NCBI GenBank assembly: GCA_013416795.1
Contig: RQSC01000015.1
Coordinates: 9,429-35,249 of the forward strand
Direction: 5' to 3'
Source of the DNA: Prasinococcaceae sp. CCMP 1430
Lineage: Eukaryota > Plantae > Prasinodermophyta
Length of the DNA: 25,821 nt
Each line of letters begins with the position of its first letter. Position 1 is the stretch's first letter. Of the stretch, positions 1-8,660 are shown one piece after another. The notes under the pieces were generated by a model, which saw only the letters and a list, made by a program, of their open reading frames with translations, was not told the DNA's origin and ran no database searches. The position numbers were made by a program, and so were the translations under genes.

Positions 1-22
1 CTCCGTCCCGCCGCCGGCTGCC

Positions 23-1474
23 GTGCCCGCCTCTCCCCGCCGCGTCCTAGGCGCCGCACAGCCCGCCCGCCGCGTGGCGTCGACCGTCGCATGCGCGCCC
101 GGCGCGCGACCCTCCGAGGGCCAAAAACGCCTCGTCTTCCTGGGCACCCCGGCTGTGGCCGCCGGCGTCCTCGAGGCGCTCGTCGAGGCTGCGGCGGCGC
201 CGTCGTGCGGCTTCGAGGTCGTCGCAGTGGTCAGCCAGCCGCCGGCACCCACGGGACGCGGCCGCAAGAAGGCGCTCACCAAGAGCGCGGTGCACGAGGC
301 GGCGCTCAGGCTGGGCTTCGAGGACGCGCAGGGCGAGCAGCAGCAGCAGCCGGAGGCGTCGGAGCGAGGCCAGGGCGAAGGTTCGCCGGACGCGACCAAG
401 ACCGCCGGGGTGATCCTGACGCCCGCGTCCGCGCGCGACGACTCGTTCCTGTCCTCGCTCGAGGCGCTCGAACCAGACATCTGCGTGACCGCGGCGTACG
501 GCCAGTTCCTGCCGCAGCGCTTCCTCGACGCGCCGCCGCTGGGCACGCTCAACGTGCACCCGTCGCTGCTGCCGCAGTACCGCGGCGCGGCGCCCGTGCA
601 GAGGGCCGTCGCGGACGGGCTCACGACCACCGGGGTCAGCGTGGCGTACACCGTGCTCGCGATGGATGCGGGGCCCGTGCTCAAGCAGGAGGAGTATGAG
701 CTCGGGGAGGGTAAACAACGCGCGCGGACGCGCGCGCCGTCCCGCGCGGAGCGCGCCGCGCGTCGCCGCGCGGCCGGCCGTGTGCTCAGCTCTGACGACG
801 GCACTCCTCTCTCATCCGCACACACGCACGCACACACACTTGCCCTCGACCGCTCGCCCCTCACTCCACCCCGCACCCGCTCCCGACCACGTCACCTGGG
901 TCCCGAACGCCTCGATCCTCCGACCGCAGACGAGACCGCCCCGGAGGCACTGGCCACGCTCTTCGAGCGCGGCACCGCCCTGCTGCTCGAGGCGCTGGGC
1001 GAGGGGGCGCTCGAGGGCGAGGGCGCGTTCGCGCTGGCGAGCCCGCAGGACGGCGCGGCCGCGACGCCCGCCGACAAGATCACGCTGGAGGAGGGGGTGC
1101 TGTGCTTCCGCACCCAGACCGCCGCCGACTGCCACAGCCGCTGCAAGGCCTTCGCCGGCTGGCCGGGGACGCGGACGACCCTCGAGGTGGTCGACGAGGA
1201 GAAGGGGCAGGCGGAGGAACTCAGCCTCAAGGTCCTGGAGACGCGCCGCGTGCCCGCGCCCGAGGGCAGCGCCCCCGGCGACGTGACCGTCACGAAGAAG
1301 GCCGTGACGGTGACGTGCGCGTGCGGCGGCGGCCTGCGCATCACGCGGCTCCAGACTCCCAACAAGAAGCCGATGGACGCGCCAAGCTTCGTCAACGGCC
1401 TCCGGGGGAGGGCGCTCAGGGCGAGGGGCGCGGTCGAGGGGGCGCTGGACGAGGCCGCCAAGGCGTCCGCGTGA
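23..1474 (+). CDS. FMT: Methionyl-tRNA formyltransferase (organellar); exons <23-710 and 930-1474, true ATG probably upstream of the window
   Basis: Motifs LVFLGTP, VVSQPPAPTGRGRK, VTAAYGQFLP, LNVHPSLLPQYRGAAPVQRA, MDAGPVL, AFAGWPG and LQTPNKKPMDAPSFVNG. GT..AG intron 711-929 (219 nt) joins LGE|DETAPEAL in frame. The ORF-track start is GTG. Confidence 0.95.
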   Translation: MPASPRRVLGAAQPARRVASTVACAPGARPSEGQKRLVFLGTPAVAAGVLEALVEAAAAPSCGFEVVAVVSQPPAPTGRGRKKALTKSAVHEAALRLGFEDAQGEQQQQPEASERGQGEGSPDATKTAGVILTPASARDDSFLSSLEALEPDICVTAAYGQFLPQRFLDAPPLGTLNVHPSLLPQYRGAAPVQRAVADGLTTTGVSVAYTVLAMDAGPVLKQEEYELGEGKQRARTRAPSRAERAARRRAAGRVLSSDDGTPLSSAHTHAHTLALDRSPLTPPRTRSRPRHLGPERLDPPTADETAPEALATLFERGTALLLEALGEGALEGEGAFALASPQDGAAATPADKITLEEGVLCFRTQTAADCHSRCKAFAGWPGTRTTLEVVDEEKGQAEELSLKVLETRRVPAPEGSAPGDVTVTKKAVTVTCACGGGLRITRLQTPNKKPMDAPSFVNGLRGRALRARGAVEGALDEAAKASA

Positions 1475-1901
1475 ACGCCGTAATAGCTTGCTAATACCCC
1501 ACAGCCGGCGAGGCGCGAGGCGCGGCGCGGCGCGGCGTGAGGCGTCGTCGGCGGTGGCGGCGCGCGTGCGCACGCGCTCGCCGCCTCGGCGCCACCCGTG
1601 CCTCCTTTCATCTTTCGCTTCCGCGGCGGCGCGGGTGGCGCGGGTGGCGCGTCCGCGTCGCGGACGGACACCCATCTGATTATTACGTGGGCGCGCGCTA
1701 AGGAGCCCACGGCGGTGGTCGGGGCTCGTCACCCTCTGATGTCTGCCCGCGGGGATCGCGGCATCGCTGCCCGCTCGCGGCCTGCAGCTGCCCTGCGGCA
1801 CGTTCCAGCGCGCCGGCGCACGCCCTTCTCCACCCCCCCCCGCACACACACACGCAGTGTCGCGCGCGCGCGCGCGCGCGCCCGCTCGTCGGCTGGCTCC
1901 C

Positions 1902-2246
1902 TCAGTGGAGGAAGAGGGCGTCGGGCAGCGGCAGCATCTCCATAGTCGCCGGCACGAAGTCCCTGGAATCCATGACGTTGGCCATGGTCAGGTATCCCGC
2001 GGCGAGCGCGATGGAGATCACGCCGGTGACCACCGCGGTCACCTGCTCCTTGGTGAGGCCCGACCCGTTCTCGTCGCCGCCGCCGCCGCGGCCGGGGATG
2101 CCGTTGAACTTCTCGCCCCTCTCGGCCGCGTCGATGACGTTGTAGAAGTCGTCGAGCGACATGTCGATCTCCATCTGCTCGTCGTCCTTGTCGGCGGCGC
2201 GCGCCGCCACGCCCGAGCGGGCGGGGCGCGCACCGCCCGTCGCGCG
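1902..2246 (-). CDS. Small probable plastid membrane protein; 5' end lost in the N gap
   Basis: Transit-peptide-like ARPARSGVAARAA, an acidic stretch, then one hydrophobic helix (VTAVVTGVISIALAAGYLTMANVMDSR) and TGA. Strong G/C third positions. Confidence 0.7.
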   Translation of the reverse strand, partial: RATGGARPARSGVAARAADKDDEQMEIDMSLDDFYNVIDAAERGEKFNGIPGRGGGGDENGSGLTKEQVTAVVTGVISIALAAGYLTMANVMDSRDFVPATMEMLPLPDALFLH

Positions 2247-2951
2247 NNNNNNNNNNNNNNNNNNNNNNNNNNNNNNNNNNNNNNNNNNNNNNNNNNNNNN
2301 NNNNNNNNNNNNNNNNNNNNNNNNNNNNNNNNNNNNNNNNNNNNNNNNNNNNNNNNNNNNNNNNNNNNNNNNNNNNNNNNNNNNNNNNNNNNNNNNNNNN
2401 NNNNNNNNNNNNNNNNNNNNNNNNNNNNNNNNNNNNNNNNNNNNNNNNNNNNNNNNNNNNNNNNNNNNNNNNNNNNNNNNNNNNNNNNNNNNNNNNNNNN
2501 NNNNNNNNNNNNNNNNNNNNNNNNNNNNNNNNNNNNNNNNNNNNNNNNNNNNNNNNNNNNNNNNNNNNNNNNNNNNNNNNNNNNNNNNNNNNNNNNNNNN
2601 NNNNNNNNNNNNNNNNNNNNNNNNNNNNNNNNNNNNNNNNNNNNNNNNNNNNNNNNNNNNNNNNNNNNNNNNNNNNNNNNNNNNNNNNNNNNNNNNNNNN
2701 NNNNNNNNNNNNNNNNNNNNNNNNNNNNNNNNNNNNNNNNNNNNNNNNNNNNNNNNNNNNNNNNNNNNNNNNNNNNNNNNNNNNNNNNNNNNNNNNNNNN
2801 NNNNNNNNNNNNNNNNNNNNNNNNNNNNNNNNNNNNNNNNNNNNNNNNNNNNNNNNNNNNNNNNNNNNNNNNNNNNNNNNNNNNNNNNNNNNNNNNNNNN
2901 NNNNNNNNNNNNNNNNNNNNNNNNNNNNNNNNNNNNNNNNNNNNNNNNNNN
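2247..2951. other. Assembly gap (N run)
   Basis: Run of N; left flank ends in (CG)n. Confidence 1.
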
Positions 2952-2984
2952 NGCCGCCGAGTGCGGGCGGGCGCCCGTGCTCGT

Positions 2985-3018
<34 letters not shown>

Positions 3019-3092
3019 GGGCGCGTGCGGCGGCCCCGCGCTCGTCGGCGCCGCGGAGGGCGGGCGGGACGCCGGCGCGCAGGCCCGGCGTC

Positions 3093-4183
3093 TCAATGTT
3101 GCCGATGCCCCCCGCCTCGCCCCGGCGCCTGCTGCTGGCCGATGCCGAGCTTCTGCATCGCCTCGTGCAGGGTTTCCGACTCGGCGGCCCCCGCGTCGTC
3201 CATCGCGGTCTCAGGGCTCTCGAGCAGCGCGCCGGACTGCCCGATGATCGCCGCGAGCTCGTCGCCCGTGATGGTGTCCGCGCTCACGCGCGCCAGCGCC
3301 GACGACACGGCGGCGTGCAGCGCCGACTCGCGCTCGCAGTACTCGCGAAGACCCGCGACGGGGCACGCGTAGCCGCCGGCAGTCGGCGTGAGGGGGCCGC
3401 CGGCGCCGTACTCGGAGCTCCCTGCGCGGTCCGCCGCGCCCGCGCCCTCCTCGCCGGTCGACCGCGACGGGGTCGCGGGACGCGACCGCTGCCAATCCAC
3501 GGCGTCCACCGCACCGCCCGGGGCGAGGCCCGTCCTCCTCCTCCACGCGTGCGTCCACACGTGCGCAAGCTCCTTGAGCGTGACTGGCTTAACGATGAAG
3601 TCGTCCACGCCGTGCCGCAGGCACTCGAGCACCGTGCCGCGGTGCTCGTTGCTCGACATCATCACCACCGGCACGTGCGCCAGCTCCGGGCTCGCGCGCA
3701 CGTACGTGAGCAGGTCGATGCCGTCGGGGGGGGGCATCATCATGTCAGTGAGGACCTGGCGTGCCGCGGGAGGCGCGGCGTTGGATCGGTTTCGGTTTTG
3801 GGGACGGAGTGGGAATCGGGAAGCGGGACGGACCGCCCCGGCGTTGTCGTCAGCCCCTCGGTGACCGCTGGCACCATCGGCACCACTGCTCGCCGCTGGC
3901 AGCAGCAGCGCGCGCGCGGCGGCGCGGAAGCCTAGGCGGCAGCGCGTGACCCGCACGCACCATCGAATACGCCGACGGGTCGGCCTCGAGCGCCTCCATG
4001 GCCCCCGCGGCGCTGTCGAGCGCCGTGACCTTGTAGCCGCACTTCTTGAGCAGGTTGGCGGCGACCATGCGGCTGAGGCGCTCGTCGTCCACGAGCAGCA
4101 CGTGGAGCGTCGAGAGGTCAACGGTGGAGGCCTCGGGGGGCGCCGCGCTCGCCGCGCCGGTGGCGTCCTCGGACGGCGCCGTC
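3093..4183 (-). CDS. Response-regulator receiver protein, PRR/TOC1-like; exons about 4183-3961 and 3755-3093; no ATG ahead of the domain
   Basis: LHVLLVDDERLSRMVAANLLKKCGYKVT...YSM|VLTDMMMP...VPVVMMSS...GVDDFIVKPVTLKELAHVWTHAWRRR. Intron 3756-3960 (GTGCGT..CAG, phase 0). The post-receiver WxHxWRRR signature is PRR-like. No CCT domain is visible; it may lie in the gap. Confidence 0.88.
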
Positions 4184-4732
4184 GTTGCGCGCCAGGGCGT
4201 CGAGGTGACGGACGCCGACGCACTGCGCGCGCTCGCGGCGACGCTGCCGGAGGGCTCGCTCGACCTGCTGGTGTGCAACGCGGGCGTGCTCACGCGGCAG
4301 AGCTGGGCGGACGCCGGCGAGTGGGACTACGCCGAGATGCGCAGCACGATCGACGTGAACGCCATGGGACCGCTCATTACGGTGCGCGAGCTCCGGCGCG
4401 CGCTGGCGCCCGGCGCCAAGGTGCTGCTCGTCTCGTCGCTCATGGGCAGCCTGGCGGACAACACGAGTGGCGGCATGTACGCCTACCGCATGAGCAAGGC
4501 GGCCGCCAACATGGCCTTCGTGTCGCTCGCCAAGGACCTGGGCAAGCAGGGCGTGGCCGTCGGCATCGTCCACCCGGGCTTCGTGAACACCGACATGACG
4601 GGGCCGTACGGCGGCGGCGGCATCAGCGCCGAGGCGGCAGGGAGGGGCGTCGCCGACCGCGCGGCGGAGCTCACGCTCGAGACCGCCGGGCGGATGGTCG
4701 CCGGCAAGACGGGCAAGGTGGAGGAGTGGTGA
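4172..4732 (+). CDS. Short-chain dehydrogenase/reductase, CsgA (C-factor)-like, lacking the N-terminal Rossmann motif
   Basis: LDLLVCNAGVL, VNAMGPL, VSSLMGSLADNTSGGMYAYRMSKAAANM (catalytic S and YxxxK), VHPGFVNTDMT. No TGxxxGIG upstream. Possible acceptor CAG at 4194-4196. Confidence 0.9.
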   Translation, partial: DGAVVARQGVEVTDADALRALAATLPEGSLDLLVCNAGVLTRQSWADAGEWDYAEMRSTIDVNAMGPLITVRELRRALAPGAKVLLVSSLMGSLADNTSGGMYAYRMSKAAANMAFVSLAKDLGKQGVAVGIVHPGFVNTDMTGPYGGGGISAEAAGRGVADRAAELTLETAGRMVAGKTGKVEEW

Positions 4733-5009
4733 GGCGCCGGAGCGCGTTGGACCGCCCATTCGCCCGCACGCGCCCACGCCTGTGCACACGTGCGCCCACG
4801 CGTGCGCAGCGTGCACACATACAGTACAGTAGTAGTCTATACACACACACACGCGCGCGCTCGCGCGGTGTGCACGCACTGTACATACACACACCGTCTG
4901 AGAAAAGGAGAAAAATGTCTTTATAAGTTGTGCGTGCTTCGCGCAGCGGTCATCAGGCGCGCGCGCTCGGGCGCCCGGGCCGCCCGTGCGCGCTCCTCCC
5001 CGCCGGCCT

Positions 5010-6760
5010 TCACTTGCCCGCGAAGTTGAAGGGCGCGAGCCTGCGCCTGGTGGCGTTGGAGACGGGGATGTTGGCCATGTCCGCCTCCTCGGCGCCCTCC
5101 CTGCGCGCGTCGACGGCGACGTACTCGCGCAGCCACGCGCCCTGGTACACCTGGTGCGGGCGCACGATCTTGGTGTCGGGGTCGTCGAGGCTCTCGCGCC
5201 AGTGCGCGAGGTAGCCCGCGGCGCGCGGGATGGCGAAGAGCACCGTGAAGAACTCCGGCGGGAAGCCCAGCGCGCGGTAGATGAGGCCCGAGTAGAAGTC
5301 CACGTTGGGGTACAGCTTGCGCTTGACGAAGTACTCGTCGGCGAGCGCCGCCTTCTCCAGCGCCACGGCGATCTCGATGAGCGGGTCGCGCCCCACGATG
5401 GAGAAGACCTCCTCCGCCAGCCCGCGGATGATCTTCGCGCGCGGGTCGTAGTTCTTGTACACGCGGTGGCCGAAGCCCGAGAGCCTGCGCTTGCCGGCCT
5501 TGACGCCCTCGAGGAAGGCCGGGATGTTGTCGGCCGAGCCGATCTGCACGAGCATCTTGAGGACGGCCTCGTTGGCGCCGCCGTGCAGCGGCCCGTAGAG
5601 CGCGCCCACGGCGCCCGCCACGGCGGTGTACACGTCGACGCCCGACGACGCCAGGTGGCGGCACGCCGCCGTGGAGCAGTTCATCTCGTGCTCGGCGTGC
5701 AGGATGAAGAGCACCTCGAGCGCGCGCGCCAGGCGCGGGTGCGGGCGGTAGTCGGCGCGGCCCATGCCGTCGAGCATGTACAGGAAGGACTCCGCGTAGC
5801 CGAGGCCCTGCGGCGGCATCTGCAGCTGGCGGCCCGAGCGGCGGTGGTAGGCGAGCGCGGCGAGCGCGGGCATCTTGCCGATGATGCGCACCACCTGCTT
5901 GTCGCGGATCTCCGCCGAGGCGTAGATGTCGCCGCCCTGCAGCGCGGGGTTCTGCTCGGGGTGGAAGGCGGAGAGCGCCGTGAGCGCGGTGATGATGGTC
6001 GCCATGAAGTGCGAGTCGTGGGGCAGCGCCGCCACGGCCTCCACCACGCCGTCGGGCAGCGCCGAGTGGCGCATCACCGCCGACTCCCACGCGGCGCCCT
6101 GCGCGCGCGTCGGCAGGTGGCCGTACTGCAGCAGGTACGCCGTCTCCAGAAAGGTGGAGCGCTCGGCGAGCTCCTCGATGGGGTAGCCGCGGTAGCGCAG
6201 CACGCCCTTGCCGCCGTCGATGTACGAGATCGTCGAGCGGCACGTCGCCGTGTTGGTGCACCCGGGGTCGAAGAGCTTCAGGCCGGCGCCTGCGCGGGCG
6301 CGCGTCGTGTTGTTGTGGTGTGCGTTTGTTGTGGTGCGCGTGTTTGTTGCGTGTTTGTTGTGCGTGTTTGTTGCGTGTTTGTTGTGTGTGGGGAGGGGGG
6401 GCGCGGGGCGGCGCAGGGGGTGGCAAGGCCGTTGCGGAGGGCCGTCAGCGCGCGGACGGAGCGCGCGCGCATGCGCTGGCGAGCGATGCTACTATGCCGC
6501 GGGGAAAGGTGCGAAGAGCGCGGTCCCACCCCTTCGCTGGGCGCCGCTCACGGGACGGCCGCCGCGCTCAACACCCGCGCACACGGACGCGCGGGCGCCG
6601 CTCGCTCGCTCGCTCGCACGCGCGCACCGTCGCCCCCCGCGGTGATCTTCTTGAGGTCAGCGGCGCGCACGGTGCCGTCCTCGGAGATGGCCACCTCGTA
6701 GCTCTTCCCCGTGCGCCTGTCGGTGACGGCGAGCGCCCCCGCGCCGCCCGCCGGCGCCGG
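5010..6760 (-). CDS. CSY: Citrate synthase, peroxisomal/glyoxysomal type; exons about 6760-6628 and 6289-5010; N-terminus unresolved
   Basis: [92 protein letters not shown], and C-terminal SNATRRRLA as in plant CSY. Intron 6290-6627 (GTGCGC..CAG, phase 1). Confidence 0.96.
6305..6390. repeat. Intronic short tandem repeat (about 11-13 nt, CAACAAACACG on the sense strand) in the citrate synthase intron
   Basis: gtgtttgttg recurs about 4 times on the + strand. Confidence 0.75.
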
Positions 6761-7019
6761 CTGCCTCCCAGTGCTTCTCCATGAGCACCTCCTGCGCCGC
6801 GCGCCGCGCCGCCGCCGCGTCCGCCATCGCCGCGCAGGAGGACGACGTGCGCCACCGGAGCCCTCCAACCCCACAAGAGAAGAGACCTCCCTCCCTCCCC
6901 TTCACCCACCCACAACACCCACACCCACACCCACACCCGCCCCGCACCACACCGCGCGCGCTGTGTGGCGCCCGCAGCAGCACCACTTTTTTTCTTTTTT
7001 TTTCTTTTTTTCTTTTTCA

Positions 7020-7302
7020 GTGCCCAGTCACGTTCGATCGAACCTCTCTTTTTTCCCAATCGCATGCGATTTGACATGTGCGTTCCCAACCGATGCGGTG
7101 TGATACGCCGCATGCGATGCATGCGATGCGCGCGATTTGATACACGTACGCCCAACCAACGCGGTTTGATATGACTCACTTTTTTTCCCCTTTTTTTACA
7201 GCATTCTTACAATGCTGTAGACCACAACTGTATTTTTATTTTTATTTTTATTTTATTTTTATTTTTGGTGCCCAGCCACGTTCGAACGCACCTTTTCTTT
7301 TT
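7020..7302. repeat. Duplicated 35-bp module in T-tracts (7020-7054 and 7268-7302), each preceding a satellite cluster
   Basis: gtgcccagtcacgttcgatcgaacctctctttttt versus gtgcccagccacgttcgaacgcaccttttcttttt. Confidence 0.8.
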
Positions 7303-7762
7303 TTTTTTTTTGCGCGCGCCCCGGCAGGCGCCGCGCGCGCGCGCGCGTGCGCGCTGACATGGCGCGAAAAGATCAGAGATCCAAACCGCCCCACTCGCAC
7401 GCGATTTGATATATGCGATCCCAACCAACGCGATTTGATATAACGCATGCGATGCGTGCGATGCGCGCGATGTGATACACGTGCGCCCAACCAATGCGGT
7501 TTGACATGCCGCATGTGATACATGCGATTTGATCGGCGTACGCCCAACCAATGCGATTTGATATAACGCATGCGATGCACGCGATGCACGCGATTTGATA
7601 TACGTACGCCCAACCAATGCCGTTTGATGCGGTCCACGCGATGCACGCGGCGTGACGGGCGCGTTCCCAAACAAATGCGGTTTGACATGCCGCATGCGAC
7701 GCACGCGATGCACGCGATTTGATACACGTGCGCCCAACCAATGCGGTTTGATGTGCCGCAGC
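7060..7762. repeat. Minisatellite with higher-order 66/57-bp periodicity, in two clusters
   Basis: Anchor CCCAACCAATGCGGTTTGA (with variants) starts at 7085, 7151, 7420, 7486, 7543, 7609, 7666 and 7733. Spacings are 66, then 66, 57, 66, 57, 67. The filler is made of 9-bp GCAYGCGAT subunits. Confidence 0.92.
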
Positions 7763-7840
7763 GTCCGCCTGCGCGGGCGTGCAGTCCCACTGTCCTGTAC
7801 AGTGCTGTGTGCACACACGTACATACATACATACAGTATG

Positions 7841-8032
7841 GTAGTTAAGGTTTGAGTGTTTTGGGTGAAACCACGGATATAGGGTATACACATGATGAGA
7901 TTCTCTTGCGTTTTGATGGGGAGTTCGGTACGGTCCTATGCATAAACGTAGTTAAGGTTTGAGTGTTTTGGGTAAAATCAAGGGTATAGGGTATACACAT
8001 GATGAGATTCTGATGCATTTTGATGGGGAGTT
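7841..8032. repeat. 85-bp direct repeat (7841-7925, 7948-8032), AT-rich, with degenerate telomere-like words
   Basis: Ungapped manual alignment gives 78/85 identities. Contains TTAAGGTTT, TTTTGGGT and TATAGGGT. Confidence 0.9.
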
Positions 8033-8566
8033 TTGTGCGGGAGCGGGAGCGTGTGGGCGGCACACGCGCAGAGCTGCGGCGCGGGCGTGCGGGCAGGGGT
8101 GGGGGGTGGGGGGGGTGGGAGCAGGCGTCCTGTGCCTCGTCTCGTCCCCTGCCCCGCGCTCCTGTCCGCCGCCTGGCTTTCCCCCTGCGCTGGGTGCGTG
8201 GCGCGCGCGCGCCGCGGCGCCACACACGCACGTGGGCGAGTGCGGGCGGCGCTCGCGCGAAGCGGTGACGGTGACGGTCGCGATGCCGGCGCCGCGCGCG
8301 CGCTCTGGCGCGCACGCGCTAACCTCCCCCTCCCCCCTTCATCTCTGCGTTTTTTTTGTTTTTTTTTTTGAGCGCGCGCAGCGCTTTCCGGCCGACACGC
8401 GCCGCCCCGCGATTCCGCGCGCGGCGCCAACACCGTTTCGAATCCGCCGCGCGGCGCCTCCGCTCGCCTCGCGAACGCCGCGTTTTCCTGCCGGAAAAAA
8501 AAACGCGCGGAATTCGCCGAAAATGGCGAGGTGCCAGACTGTGGTATCGCGAGAACATCGGATGTT

Positions 8567-8570
<4 letters not shown>

Positions 8571-8614
<44 letters not shown>

Positions 8615-8660
8615 GCAGCGGCGTCTGCAGCGGCAGCGGCGGCAGCAGCATCGGCAGCAG
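8571..8660. repeat. (CAG)14 microsatellite with a degenerate extension
   Basis: 14 perfect CAG at 8571-8612, followed by CGG/CAG mixtures. Lies in a 77-aa ATG ORF (8523-8756) of unknown reality. Confidence 0.9.

Noticed and set aside
4197-4732. SDR as a natural equivalent of the N-terminally processed Myxococcus C-signal p17
   Set aside because: There is no start codon or promoter, and the truncation coincides with a junction, so incompleteness explains it better.
7060-7762. CRISPR-like array (constant anchor with regular spacing)
   Set aside because: The intervening sequences are mutually similar 9-bp subrepeats rather than unique spacers, no cas genes are present, and the context is eukaryotic.
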